Assembly: GCA_951406725.2 (NCBI GenBank)
Contig: OX597814.1
Location: 148,056,001-148,120,000 of the forward strand
Length of the DNA stretch: 64,000 nt
DNA from: Octopus vulgaris
Lineage: Eukaryota
Direction of reading: 5' to 3'
Position numbers and translations under genes: made by a program. Positions 10,701 to 24,155 of the stretch are shown here, piece after piece. A model generated the notes under the pieces. That model was not told the DNA's origin and made no database searches. It saw only the letters and a list, made by a program, of their open reading frames with translations. Each line of letters starts with the position of its first letter. Position 1 is the stretch's first letter.

Positions 10701-12058
10701 CCAAACACTCTTTTCTTCGCCAGCGAGATCTGTTAACTGTACTCTATTTAAATAGATCCCATATTTCCAATATACAAAATGGCACATTTATGACTTTAAT
10801 AAATCTGAAACAGTTATACATGCACGATAATGATTTGACTATTTTAACAAAAGAAACTTTCCAAGGATTAGAAAACCTTGAAGTCATCACGCTGAATTCA
10901 AATTCAATTAGTTATATTGCACCAGGAATGTTTGCTCCTATGCCGAAATTAAAAATTGTCGATGTCAGCAGTAATCGATTGCACATATTGGACAACAGTT
11001 TCTTGAGCCTAAAGTATTTAGAAAGTATTGCAATCCACAACAATCCATGGATTTGCAAATGTCCATTCGTCATGGGACTGCAGGAGTTGTACATTAATAA
11101 ACCTGATTTGGTGGTTCTCTCAGAATCTGTAATATGCGATCATGAAGATGTCATCAATAGCAGTATGTCTTTCTACACAGCTTACCCTCTTTTTGAGTTC
11201 GATGTACAGTTACACTGTCTGAACATCACTCCAGTCACCAATTTATCAGCCCACGTGAATACGCAAATCGACTCAAAAGTTATATGTGCTTTAGCCATTT
11301 TTTCAGCCGTCTTTTTGACTTTGATAATTGCTGTTATCAGCATCGCATGTTATCGTGAAGAGCTGAAGGTTTGGCTGTTCACGCAGTATGGATGGCGTAT
11401 TGGAGATCCGTGGGCAAAGCTAGATGATTCTAACCGACGATATGATGTCTTCGTAGCTTACACAAGCAAGAACGCAATGTTCGTGGAACACGAGCTTACA
11501 CCGCGTCTAGAGAGAAGGGAACCACCTTACCAGGTATGTCTGACCTACAGGGATTATGATGTGGATATTTCCTACGCTCAAAACACAATCAATTGTATAC
11601 AAAATAGCAAGCGAACCATTATGCTAGTGTCTAACGACTTCTTCCAAACGGAATGGTTCCGTTATGATTTTCAAATTAACAATCATGATATACTGAAAAC
11701 GCTTTCTGAAAGACTCATAGTCATTTTAATGGAAAAAGTCGATAGGAAAAAACTTGAATGCGACCTTATGTTTTATGCCAAGACGAAAAAATTCCTAAAA
11801 TATCAAGACACACATTTCTGGGACAAACTTTATTATATGCTACCAAAAGTTCGAGGACTGCCATTATTACCACAGACCCCAGAATCTGCGGTTTCCTCTG
11901 GAGAGCTACGCGATCAGTGTTGCAATAATATTGCTTTCTCGAAGACTTCGTTGGAAAGTGGGTACGAAGAGATTAACTTCGTACGGAAAAATGTTTTTCC
12001 CCGTTCAGATCATCAGACTGTATATTTAGCACCTGTTTGCCAAAGAAATTGTAAATAA
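7724..12058 (+). CDS. Toll-like receptor, protostome/multiple-cysteine-cluster type (LRR-LRRCT-LRRNT-LRR-LRRCT-TM-TIR), resembling the Tollo/Toll-6/Toll-7/18w group; single large coding exon
   Basis: 1446-codon open frame. Signal-peptide-like MSVLFLLLLFSHSA at ATG 8492; LRRNT CPKQCEC; many LxxLDLSxNxI repeats; internal LRRCT NPFKCDC followed by CSPDCICCNFGMCDCNSICPEQCSC; second LRR block; LRRCT NPWICKC; TM VICALAIFSAVFLTLIIAVISIACY (~11279-11353); TIR box1 YDVFVAY (11441) and box3 FWDKL; stop TAA at 12058. The true start is uncertain (acceptor at 7723, ATGs at 7781 and 8492). Confidence 0.96.
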   Translation, partial: TVISNRGLSCGKFRNVTITMSSVKSRSQRACVTMTSNSVSQISRCHSLRHLAVVAAATATKHLEPKLNSHSTLNSAREEAMTPTKAKLTPISLSQFSTFLFIPPLLPFSSPFKPPPPATPTQPLPLSSSSSSSSSSSSSSSSSSSSSSSSSFLPSPSHSHPPSPTLHCTSSSCSLSPSNSVVEMTTFFSCPCSLPHYLPPPPSSPTTSRLSCSESLPPSLIKPLLPQPSPPPQSPISASSTLTSLSSSPASVPFHWMSVLFLLLLFSHSAQPWVTQPEFQCPKQCECHNLRTSQLSTSIAARCRINETMSRYNFSVFSAPYITVLVIQCQGKPLKPVNKMLRNLPFLEELVFKDCHFKSIPEYTLLGLNNLRNFSIFGADQLTLTSNIFHKAVKLKNLEIIHSGLKTIPVDMLCNSVDVELLTLSQNELTHLSELKKLCQTNTTILDQITRLDLSYNLLQTIPADFSKLFSDMQMVNFVGNQIDNIEAGSVSDLYYLTVMDLSKNQIQSFPRDFLENSIGIQQLGISQNPIKTIFPYFKDLQDLEVFEAEHTYLDNSFFREIPKGSALTNLNLAHCYMSKINKSLMSNLKNLRRLDLKSNSILSLPSNVFSSNEKLEVLILSNNDIEELLDNSLQGLRALRELDISYNNISVINEDAFHDLLVIEKLDLSFNQLYDIPNAITPLDKIQELYLEGNFISKINKNSFKGLDSINRIVLSKNRIVFLDASSFTRCFNLHILDLSENNISFIHEDAFEGLQLVGVSLASNKIKNIGTALWKQHNLSQVHLQGNLLEAIMSSNFPENVKFLNVSHNRIWNVHPFTFSNKDTLVEVDLRHNNISFLANDAISVSHRVRSIPDVYLMGNPFKCDCNIVWLKKLANVRPRKKDGLPYIPDLNELECHADNESSVPTGRMYEVKESDFLCKYLKECSPDCICCNFGMCDCNSICPEQCSCYRSYDRKANIINCMNSGLSDSRMLPSNATKIYLSGNRLISLSKHSFLRQRDLLTVLYLNRSHISNIQNGTFMTLINLKQLYMHDNDLTILTKETFQGLENLEVITLNSNSISYIAPGMFAPMPKLKIVDVSSNRLHILDNSFLSLKYLESIAIHNNPWICKCPFVMGLQELYINKPDLVVLSESVICDHEDVINSSMSFYTAYPLFEFDVQLHCLNITPVTNLSAHVNTQIDSKVICALAIFSAVFLTLIIAVISIACYREELKVWLFTQYGWRIGDPWAKLDDSNRRYDVFVAYTSKNAMFVEHELTPRLERREPPYQVCLTYRDYDVDISYAQNTINCIQNSKRTIMLVSNDFFQTEWFRYDFQINNHDILKTLSERLIVILMEKVDRKKLECDLMFYAKTKKFLKYQDTHFWDKLYYMLPKVRGLPLLPQTPESAVSSGELRDQCCNNIAFSKTSLESGYEEINFVRKNVFPRSDHQTVYLAPVCQRNCK
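8100..8177 (+). repeat. (TCT)n microsatellite, in-frame poly-Ser upstream of the signal peptide
   Basis: About 25 tct repeats read directly. Confidence 0.95.
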
Positions 12059-12101
12059 TCCCCTCCCATTTTCTTTGTGAATGTGTTAACTTTTGTTGTT
12101 C

Positions 12102-12164
<63 letters not shown>

Positions 12165-12972
12165 CTACTACTATTATTATTACTATTATTTTCCCATTAT
12201 TTTTTTATTTTTAAACGCTAAATTTAACCATAAGTTGTACATTTTCTCTCTTTAAAGAAAAAAAAAACAAGAAGAAAATATTGAAAAAAGAAAAGACAAT
12301 AGCATCATCTCTGTCTCCTCTTTGCCTTCTGTCAAAAATAACATAAAATTATTTTTAAAAAACAATTATTTAAAGAAAAAAAAGATGTCAACCACAAATC
12401 AAAGATAAACGCTTTGTCTAATAAATCATTATTGAGCTGATTTTTTTCCAGACAATTCAGTTTTGTTTTTAATTTAAACATAATTTATAGAAATGAAATC
12501 CAAAATAAAATATATTATTTTATTTGAGAGTTATAAAGATTACATTTTAAAAATAAAATAACCAAAATGACTTATTCAAAAGTGATTGTTGAATTTTATT
12601 TCAAATTCTGTTTGATTGTTTTTGTTATTCTCTTTTTTTCCTCACTTTCTCTTTTTTTTATTATTGTGATTATATTTATGTTATTTTTTTATTTCTGTTT
12701 ATCTGTCTCTTTCATTGTTTGTTTATTTTTTTTCTAAACGGTTCTTAAAATAAAGATGCGTATATTTATATGTTAAAATCATTTTTATAAATCAAAGATG
12801 AAACTAACTGCACCTGAGAACAAACATTCTGATTGTTAATACAAATCTCCTTCAAGTTATCTAGCTAGCTACCTGTTTCTCTCTCCCTCTCATTCTTTTT
12901 GTGTCTACCCCCTGTTACTCTCATTCTATCGTTCTCTCAGTCTCTTTGTCTCTTTCTTTTTCGCTCTATCAA

Positions 12973-13003
<31 letters not shown>

Positions 13004-13006
13004 TAA

Positions 13007-13053
<47 letters not shown>

Positions 13054-13088
13054 TAAACATACATATATATATATATACATATACACAT

Positions 13089-13131
<43 letters not shown>

Positions 13132-13175
13132 TTCAAATGCGTAAATGTGCGTGAATGCGAGTGCGTATATGTATA

Positions 13176-13210
<35 letters not shown>

Positions 13211-14695
13211 TTATATATGAATGGATGACTCTGCTTGACTACCTCTGTTTCTCACTTCTACTGTTAATGTGTATCTGTGTGCATGTATATATATATACAT
13301 ATATTGACTTCTTCCATCATTGGATTTAAGCTATTTGTTAACATTATTCTGAATAGCTTTCATTCCAACCATCACCAATAAGATAAATGTTTTTACATGT
13401 TCTGTCTTAATCACTATCATCATCACTATCATCCACATTACTTCTAACTTTATGACTGGTTTATCTTCCTAAGATATCAGGTTCAATGATTAGATTTCTC
13501 ATGAACACATGCACATACAAATTCGTCGTCATCTTCATCATCATCATAATCATCATCCTCATCATACGTAAGAACCCTTGTATAACAATCATTTGTTCTT
13601 GTTGGATTCGTTGCTCTCATTTACTCTGTTGTTTCTTTGCCTTTGTTTTAACCTTGTTATATGTTTAAAAACGTTTAAAAAGTTTTCTAATCTTGTTACC
13701 TATTACGGACTTATTACCTAGACATACCATCATAAGATACCAAAAAAAAAAAAGAAAAAACACTGAACAAGCTCAAAGTTTGGAGACATTTTGATTATTA
13801 AAATTGATTTTACACTGAATATTTTCTATAATTATTATTCTCTGCGGCTTAATGAGAGCTTATTTCATAGAAGGTATTTTGTATTTCATAGCGAAGCCCA
13901 AACCGTATTACTCCATAGTAAAGTCAAGCAAAAATTATATATAGTGTAGAGCTCCTAAACACTGTTCTGTTATTACTAAGCCGATTTGACGAGGAAGTTA
14001 AACCGGCTTTTATAGAAATTGCAAATCGGTTTCCAAAAATATTCTCATAGTCCTGTTGTAATTATTGCTTTCTAATATTGGCATGAAGCCACAGCTTTCG
14101 GAGAAATGTATAGCTGTATAGTTGATTAAATCGAAACCTGTACTTCACAAGTACTTATTTTCGCTGACCCTGTAGGAATGATGAAGTAATATCGACTTTT
14201 GTGGTATTTGAATTCAGAACGAAAAAGGATGGGTGGTGGTGTAACTAAATAACAAAAGAACTTTAATCATACGCATGATTTTTTCTATGAATCACCAAAT
14301 TTTCCTCGTTGTAATTGAAATATTTTATTTAAAAGACATTGAACATTTGATTGGAGCGTTGGATATCATTTATATCAATACGTCCAACTAGATATTGTCC
14401 ATGTATGTTGTAGTATAGTTGAAAATGCAGGGGAGGAATTGATAAAAATGTAGTGTATAGTAGCCCTAATATTCCAATTATTGATTCTAACTCTCCACAC
14501 TGATACGTGTTAGCTTCTGCATTAAGAGCTACATATATCTGTTTTAAATAGGTTCAATAGCCTACAGCTGGGAATCGCATCACGCAAGATGATGTCTTGT
14601 TGATCGAAATATGCCACCGATGACGTGTGACATACATTTAGACCTGAGAGTAATGGAAAATACAATTAACCTAAATAAACTAACAAAATTAGCTT

Positions 14696-14769
14696 TTCTG
14701 GAATTAAATATAAATATGTGTTCTGGAATTAAATATAAATATGTGTTCTGGAATTAAATATAAATATGT
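14696..14769. repeat. 25-bp tandem repeat x3
   Basis: ttctggaattaaatataaatatgtg repeated three times. Confidence 0.9.
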
Positions 14770-14959
14770 TTAAAGAGAGAATAAATAAAAGTTAGAGCTA
14801 AAAATTGTTTAATAACTGATTGAATCTTTCGGAACAATATCCAGTAACGTCAGTGATATAGAAACATTTCTTTTCCTTGTAAAATACTGGCGACGTTTGT
14901 CTATTTTTTACACCAAATTGTTTTGTCCGATGCGCTGTTTATTCTACACCTATAAATAT

Positions 14960-15160
14960 AATTCTTTCTACAGTGTCTGAGATTTTAGGGGAGGGGACTA
15001 GTCAATTACATCGACCTCAATATATGACCGGTACTTATTTCATAGATGAAAAGACGAAAGGCAAGTCGACCTCATCGGCGTTCGAACTCACAACGTAAGA
15101 CGGTCAAAATGTTAGCATTATTTTGCCAAGCATGTTATCCATTTCCCCAGCTTATTGCCT
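14960..15160 (-). mobile_element. SINE family B, decayed copy
   Basis: Reverse-complement similarity to 21499-21875 (ggtacttattt...gaaaggcaagtcgacctc...gaactca). Confidence 0.7.
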
Positions 15161-18100
15161 TAGGTTCACCTATCATAATGGCTTCAATGAACACAAATAA
15201 ACTACCGGAGATTTAGAATAATTTATATACACAAAACAGTTTTATCTCTTTTCCTCGTGATTTCTTATGAAATATATTTCAACCAAGGCAATTACTTCTC
15301 TTATTCCGGACGAAATAGTTTTCAGCTACATTATTCAAATATGCTCTTCCATTTTTTAAGACGTCACGATGTCATCAGAGGGAGATTTGATAGCTATTTC
15401 ATGTAGTACAATCAATTACCGCACTTTGTTTCTCGTTTGCTTTTAAGCAGTACAATTGTTTTCCAGAGAAAGAAACAGTACATTGGCACGCTATATTTAA
15501 ACCAGTTAAGGAAGCCTAACATTAACCCGTTGTTTAGTTAACAAAATTTGAAGCCATCCACCAACATCCTCCCACCATCACATACATACGCTCATACTTT
15601 CTTACACAAATGAATTCAATTATGTTTATTTGATATGTTTAATTTTAAGTATCGGTCATTTATAAATATTTACCAAGCGATGATGAAATATTGTGTATGC
15701 TTCTGAGATAGGTATGATATATATTTTTGTCTGGAAGTGTTGTACCTCATATTTACCTTCCTATAGATTAATCTTCTTGAACCCGCATCTGCTTGAACGA
15801 TACTCGACCCACCGTCAAACATGCATGCTAATTGAATAAATAATTGTTTGGCCAAAAGAATGTAGGCCAATGACCTAACGAAACATCGGATTTGATGACC
15901 GTAGACTGCCGCGATCTATGTGAAATCTGAACCCGGTATGATTCTCAATTTTGTGAACTATAGTAATGAAAGAAAACAACTCCCCCGTAGGAAATGAATA
16001 CAACCAATTAGCAGAAAACCTATTCACATCTTGACTAACAACGAACCTCGGCCGTGTAAACTTTTCATTGTTTTGTTCAATGCCATATACACGAAGTGTT
16101 GAAGCATTTTGATAATAGTTTGTACAAACATACATACACTCGTACACTCACACACGCATAGACATATGTATTTATAGCATATATGCTTACAAGTATAGGC
16201 ATATCTATTGAGACTCATTACAAAAGAAATAGTAATACTTAATTTTTACGACGAATAAAAAATAATCATCGTAAAAGAATGAATAATTACAAGTAAATTA
16301 CTGGTACTTATTTTATAGACGGTACAATAATAAAAGACAGAACCAGATGTGGGCGCTTTACTTAGATATATTATTGGAAGATGCACTGCAAGGTCTGTAA
16401 TATGCCTCATATCAATATTGCTGTTTCTTTTCGCCGTAGTTTTGTTTGGTAGAAGTTGTTGTTCCGAAATGTTTTATTGGTATCGCCAGACCATAGACTT
16501 CATTGAAATTAATGTAGGGCATATTTGAATAATATAGCCGTTGAATAGTTGCAAATTTATGGTTGCAAGAAAACATGGGGTACCAGGGAATACCTGCATG
16601 TTAAACAGCGGTTTCAGCCCAGTTTGTATAACAAGAAAAACTTGGGCGACACCTAGCGAGCTGGTAAGTCGTTTCATCCGAATCCGTAGGGTAACTTGTA
16701 TTCCTTTTATGCGTGAGTAGCTGCAGCAACAAACCACATGTCGGAACATTACCCCATTTTCGGGCTGATCTGAACTTTATAGAGTGTTATTAGTTACTGA
16801 ACCCTGAATTATTTTGTGGTCACCAGTCGTATGATGTAGTCGTATGATGCGGTATTGAAGATATGCTTTGTTGAGAGAAATCCTCAGGGTCCTATTACAC
16901 AGAGCACTCTCTGACCAATTCATTCAACTCATGTTGAATTTAGCAGTCATATAATAAAAGACACAATGTACTGAATGAACAATGAAGAGTATAATACAAC
17001 TACAACAACATATATACTGCACTGTTACACCCCAACAAAATAAAATATATACTAATCGCATAATCGATATTCGAGAACATAACATTTACTGATATCCCCA
17101 GAAACACGAATTCTACACAACTGCCACCCAGGTACGTAATATAAACAACATATAAAGCATATACTCTACACTGTAGTACGCAGTACAACACTTACTAAAC
17201 ACAATCGCTTTTCAAACGATAGGGAGATGAAACATAGCAATTATGATTAAGAGAATAAGTAAATGTGAACTTAATAGCTATCGTTAACATAGTGAAAAGT
17301 GATAGAAACAGTAGTGTCATCAGGATAAATCAACTATTCTAAGCATCAGATACGTACCGGAAAATTGTAACAAGCTCGGAACATCTCAGAGAGAAGAACC
17401 AAGCAAATAATCGAGCATTTTCGGCAGACAATGATAGAGAGAAAAATTTGTAGATTTTAATGGTAACATCAACGAAAAATTCTGAAAGAAAGAGAGATAG
17501 AGAAGGAGAGAAGGAAGAAAAAAAACATTAAGAAAGTACAGTATCCAAAAATCAATGTGTTGCTTTATTGAGTTATTCGCTCAATTGCAGAAAATCTATC
17601 TTTATGATCAGGAAATGGTGACACTTCATTGAAAAGAATATACTGTGTGACTCTAAACCAAACCAATTTTCACCAGAAGTAGGTAAAAATGTTAGGAATC
17701 AATTGCAACAGCGAAGGCAGCAGAAAGATCTAAGGCAGTATTAGGAGCAGTGCTTGAATCACTCCATCCAGAAGTCAGCGATGTAAATAACATGTGAAAC
17801 CCACAAGGAATTATGAATAACCCAGCAAGCTGTTCACAAACGAAACAAAAGTGGCTCCGCCAGGAGATGATTATCTTCGAATCTACTGATAACAATACGT
17901 AGGTGGAGGTGCAGACAACATAGTTAAATATATTCAGCGACCGACTGAAACAGCAAATCACAACAGCTGGACAACTAAAGTCATCCACAAAGCTTAGAAA
18001 ACTTTAAACTTACACAGAAAAAGAAACAAGGACTTAACATCAAGATTATTGCAGAAGATAAAAGCTCAGCCTGGAAATATTTTCATGAGAACAGAAGGGA

Positions 18101-20240
18101 CCCCGCCCAGAATGTTATGGCAATAAATAGCATTTACTGATCAACAACGCTCTAAATAGTAACTGTAGAAGTAAATAGAAAACTATGAGCATGACAGATT
18201 AATGATCAAAATGTCTGCCTCCGATAGCGTTTGCCACGTATAGATTCTCTAAGCCTTCAGCAACAAATTCGTTATAAAAAACACACAAAACAAGACATGA
18301 ATAACGGCATAATAATTTTCAGGCAGAAACGAAAGAGGGAGTATTAGAAACGAAACCATCATTAGACGAAGAAAAAATCTGATGTTAACATCATTTAGTG
18401 TCAAATGAGATCACGTACGAATACAAACTGTATGGAATAATATATTGCCATCTTTCCAAGGGTAGATTTTAAGTTGTACATTGCTGACAATAAACATTTG
18501 GAAACCATGTTATATACTAAAATCTGAAGCACAAGGAATAAACAGCGTATATATGTTGTAGTTGCTAGTGTTAATGGTCATACTTTGAACTCAGGTTAAG
18601 AACACGTTGCGTGTAGCCGCAGCAGCAGCCATTCTATAAGTGTGAACAATCTTTTAATACTGTTATTCCACGAGCTTTGCAAGGAAGGCTTACCTAATCA
18701 CTGCATATGTACTTCCTAAATCTAAAGGAGACTCATATTCTTTGCAGGGCAGTTGTGGTGTTACCTTAAAGGAGTCACTATGAAAAACATCATTAGATGA
18801 TGAGGTGCAAAATTTGTAGCCATATTGAGGATTTCAACTGCGTTATTTATAACTAGAAAATGTGAGCTCACATCTCCCTTCACACATGTACTAATTTAGA
18901 GTTTGTGCAAATGAAAGAAGCGGTTTTTATATTCTCACCGAAGGCTGCTATCACCATTTCTGTTCAGAAATTCAGTGAGGTATTTATGTTATGGCAGCAT
19001 GGGGACTGCGAGCATAATGTTAAGATTTAATACAATAAGATTTAATACAATGTAGTCTACATAATTCAAAGGCACGTTCTGAGCGGGACTCATCGGTGCT
19101 AAATTTGCTAAGAATCAACTCTGAGAAAATGAGTCATGCTCAATGGTCTAAGATGAGGGAGTACAGCAAAATGCCAACAGAACTAAATTATTCGTTACAT
19201 CAAGCTCCACAGAATTTATACTGTTGTCGATGGACGAAAGAGACGGGGACAGAGAGAGAGGCGGAGTTGCACTGTTTCTCTCATTCTGAAACAGTGGAGT
19301 AAATTTTATGGGTTGACTGTTTACGTGGTTAAAGTGGTTGCCATTTAAGGAGAGTTTTTAGGAGAGAAGGAGAAAGCTATACAGATTTTGAAAATGTTAG
19401 TGAAAAACAGCATTTCAGAGAAAAAGAAGGGACATATTTGAGATAATTTCATTTCATTTCATTGATAGGACGAGTTATCGGTATGGGATAGTCTGCGAAC
19501 AATGATGAAACCGTGAGATTAAATAATGAAATTTACGGATGCGGATATGGAGACTGAATTCATATTAGTTGCAAATGGAACAGAAATTAGGAAAGAAAAC
19601 TTAGCAGAATGAGCCGGACCTGGTTGAGATTGATGAATGGAAGGGGTCTGCAAAGTTGGTCAAGACTTTCTTTCGAGAAATGGAAAATGTTAAAAGAGTT
19701 TGAGAGCTTGAAGGACAAATGAATATTTCTTTTCTCTAATAATATCAAAGAAACAACTAAGTTTGAATGGTGTGAGAGAGAATAAGAACAATGCCATTCT
19801 AGGTAGTGGTTGTCTTTTGGCAAAGATGTGTAGCTAATGCTCCTTGATGTATTACAAATAAGGTGCAGTAAGGGTTTATCTGCAACTACATAATTCTTAT
19901 AAAATAAACAATACTGTAAAGTTGAAAGCATATTATAAACAATGGCATAGTAAATATGAATAGGGGGAAAATATAAAAACGCGTCACACTTCTCTCCTCA
20001 AGAATTCAAAAGAATATTGCACGTAAGTTGAAAATGGAGACACATGAATAAAAATTATGAAAATTTTAGATACAAGATTCAAAATATGATTACAAAATGC
20101 TATGGTTGGATGTTCACAAGATGCGTGCCTATGTGACGAATAATCGACAAATTTGTATCGAGCGTTACATACTAAATTTGGCTTATGAACCATAAGCGAG
20201 TTAAAATCAAATGAATTCAGATCGCAGCACCAGAGTGCAG

Positions 20241-20322
<82 letters not shown>

Positions 20323-20592
20323 ACAGGCACACGCACACACACTCACACCACACCACACATACATAGGCACACATGTTTTTGAAATTTCTCGGTTCGAGAA
20401 AATAATTCTTTCGACTTTATGTATTCTAAAATGGCTGTAGATATCAATATTTTAATCTCAAAGAACATTGACTCTACCATCATGAGAGCTACGAAATAAA
20501 AATGAAATAAGCGGTGAATGAAGAATTGAAAAAAAAAACATTATATATATCTATCTATCTATCTATATATATATCTATCTATCTATCAATCA

Positions 20593-20668
<76 letters not shown>

Positions 20669-21498
20669 GTCTATCTGTATGCCTGTCGGTCGGTCCGTTT
20701 ATCTTTCTGTCTACCTCGTTAGTCTGTCCACCAGTATGTATGAATATATGTATGCGCGTGTGCATGTGAGAGAGAGGCAGTATTTGTTTCCTTGCACGCT
20801 TGTATGTGTGAGTATATTTTGTTGGGATTTGTAAAACTCAAGCCGGTCACCAGGAAAATGGCAAATATCTTTTCATTCAAAACATATCTTGGTTGCTGTA
20901 GCTCTCTGAATTTTTTTTTTACATACGCATATGTGCATACGTGTTGATTATATGTACACGCGTACGGGTGTGCAAGCGTGTGCGTGTCACGATGTAATAC
21001 AAGTTTCTATATTTCATTTATGTTTGTGTATACAAGCACGTATATTCCATACATATGTTCACCCGGAAAATACAAAATCCGAAGCCCTGAATAGTTTTCC
21101 AATGTTTTACTGTTCTTCAATTCCATTGTACGTAAAGAAAGTAAAGCAGTCTTCTCTCACTTTATATTTTTGTTCAATATTACTAGAATTCTCTCCCTTG
21201 TATATGTAGCTAGGCGTTAGTGTATTTTGTTACAATTCACCAGTTACGGTATTTTGTTAGACCTGATGTCCAAATCACAATTTCTTCAAGTCTCCATTTT
21301 CATATCCCAAATTCTGATACTAGCACTGGTACGACGAAAGCATTGTGAGATACAGTTTTATTGAATCAGAATTCCATATGCTCCGAATTTTGTTGAGGTA
21401 TACTTTTGTCTATCTAGCTTTACTCAGAGTACCAGCATGTGTAATATTCTTGTTGTTTGTGAGTTATTTGTAACGGTAATTACAGGTGATGAGGTGGT

Positions 21499-21875
21499 AT
21501 GGCAGCGAGCTGGCAGAGACGCTAGCACGCCGGGCCAAATGCTTAACGGTATTTCATCTGTCTTTTTGTTCTGAGTTCAGATTTCGCCGAGGTCAACTTT
21601 GCCTTTCATTCTTTCGGGGTCAATTAAATAAATACCAGTTACGCGCTAGGGTCGATATAATAGACTTAATCCGTTTGTCTGTCCTTGTTTGTCCTCTCTG
21701 TGTTTAGCCCCTTGTGGGTAGTAAAGAAATAGCTATTTCATCTGTCTTTATGTTCTGAGTTCAAATTCCGCAGTGGTCGACTTTGCCTTTCGTCGTTTCC
21801 GGGTCGATAAATTAAGTACCAGTTGCATACTGTGGTCGATCTAATCGACTGGCCTTGTGCTCAGAGTAGGAAAAG
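21499..21875 (+). mobile_element. SINE family B (tRNA-like head, gcctttcatcctttcggggtcgataa core), internally duplicated, with 21-bp TSD
   Basis: B-box-like gagttcaaattcc; TSD aattacaggtgatgaggtggt at 21478-21498 and 21876-21896. Confidence 0.9.
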
Positions 21876-23945
21876 AATTACAGGTGATGAGGTGGTGATG
21901 GGTGTCGGTGGAGATAGACATGATTTTATTAACCATATTTCTTGCCTGCCCTGCAGTCTACCAAATATGAGTACTTACCCTGACCAAACTCCTCTCCTGT
22001 TTTCCGTGATTATGTTGTGACAAATCCCAACTGCTTGCTGGTAACATGAATGTTACTCGAGTATAGCTTCTGAAGATAATCAGCAAAAAAAAAAGAAGAA
22101 AAAAGCCTGCTGGTTTTTCCGGGCCTTTTCATAAGTCGCTACACTGTATCTTGGAGAAACGCACAGAAGCTATATTAATATAATTTATATATCACATTCA
22201 TGGTTGCTATGGATCTATATTTTTCATTACCTCATGCATTATCCGATTTTCAAATAACAGTATTGTCTGCGTGACTGCCAACCAGTCGGGTACATCTACC
22301 TCAGTGTCTATTTCTCTTTCAGCAGGTCAACAATGACTGTCCGGTAGAATGTGAACTATTCATTATTCGTTTATCAAGTATCTCCTAGGTAGTTTTCCGT
22401 TCGGCAGTTTGCAACTCTCGTCAAGAGAGTTTTACTGATATCATAAGTTTGTGATACTTTGTAGCCCATCTAACCACTTTGCATCTTAGTTGTATTGTCG
22501 GTTTACATTCCAGCTCCATCACCAAAATGTTCATCCGAAGGAGGGGATTCCACAGCCTTGAAGGTACTGCCTTTCATACCGAAATATACCCCTTGTGCCT
22601 ATATATATGCATGTACGTACGTATATATGAATATGCATATGTACCAAAACTGAAGCTTTTATACTGTTATGCCGCACGTTCGGATGTCTCTACTACTCAA
22701 CTCTTCTCTGCTACTCTGCTACTCTACTCTGTTCTAGTCTACAGAGCTGTGCTCTCACGTCTACACTTCTCCCTTTATATCTACGTATTGGGTTAGTCTA
22801 TCGTGTGGGGGGCGTCCATACAACATATGCACAGGAAAATATGATAGCATAATGGAGTATGCATATGAACTAGTTGATAACATGTACAATATAATAATGC
22901 CTGAGTGTCTCTATTCTGAGATATGCCCATTAACTCACAAAGATTAAGATGAATATTCCAGTAGGTACAGTGAAACAACTTCCTGATGCACATAATTTCA
23001 TAATTTGGAGCGAGCAGCTGTGGATTTAAGGCAGCGCGTATATTCATTAACGAAAATCGTCCAGCTTTCTCGCCAATAAGGAAATATCTTTATACATAAA
23101 TAAAACTAGTAACTTTTTTCTACAAATAATTACTGGACACCAGTGAATCCTTTTACTTCGTTTTTCAGTCGTTCTTGAAATATGTCGTAAGGGCTTGCAT
23201 GGAGAAAGAAATGTCTATGTGCGTCTAGGCAACACAGTTCTTCTTCCATGTTACCAACTATCAGAGAAAATTTTTGTCAAAGGTGAAGGTGAAAGGATGA
23301 CCTCAATGACGAATTTGGTTAACACGTGATAACATGTGTTTAGTGTGATTCAACCAATAAATCATTTTACTATTATGTTTATTCCGAACGCTTGTCACTG
23401 ACACAGTTGTGGTACAATATTTCTCATATTGATCCGTCACTGTTCTCAGATTCCACAAACATCATTTCTTAGGCTATACCATCAGATGGAATCTCAGTCC
23501 TGTATACATGTACATGTGGAGGAACGCAACATCTCTGTTGTACGTGTGATTTGCAAGTAATATTTTTCACATGTTTTTCATTATAACATATAATCCCTAA
23601 AGTACAATTCTTATATGAAACTCTAGTCATCTGCTCAGAGAATGGCTTCCAGATTCTTGGTCTACGCATTTGTATGCAACAGATCTTCCAAGATTATTAA
23701 CTTCTTCCCCCTGCAGATCTAACATATTAGGTATATTTTTTTAAGAAACACAGTTTGGGATCTCACAGACTCTAAAGCACCAAAACTGAAAATGCGAGCA
23801 AATGATTTGGATTTTACTTTTCCTTTCTGCTGTGTTACTACTGATATTTCCGATCATAATTTTGCAGTTGTTTTTTGTAGTGCTGTTATATTTATGTTGG
23901 TCATAGTCGTAGTATTTCTGGAGCCAGATATATAGATAAGGGAAA

Positions 23946-24155
23946 GGCAGCGAGCTAGCAGAATCGTTAGCACGCCGGGCGAAATGCCTAGCGGTATTTC
24001 GTCTGTCGTTACGTTCTGAGTTCAAATTCAGCCGTGGTCGACTTTGCCTTTCATCCCTCCGGGGTCGATAAATAAAGTACCATTTATCCCTTAATCCCTT
24101 TGTCTGTCCTTGTTTGTCCCCTCTATCTTTAGTCCCTTGTGGGCAATAAAGAAAT
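23946..24155 (+). mobile_element. SINE family B with TSD
   Basis: Same family; agataagggaaa duplicated at 23934-23945 and 24162-24173. Confidence 0.9.

Noticed and set aside
12500-12760. Specific polyadenylation site of the TLR
   Set aside because: Several AATAAA hexamers in very AT-rich DNA; none can be singled out
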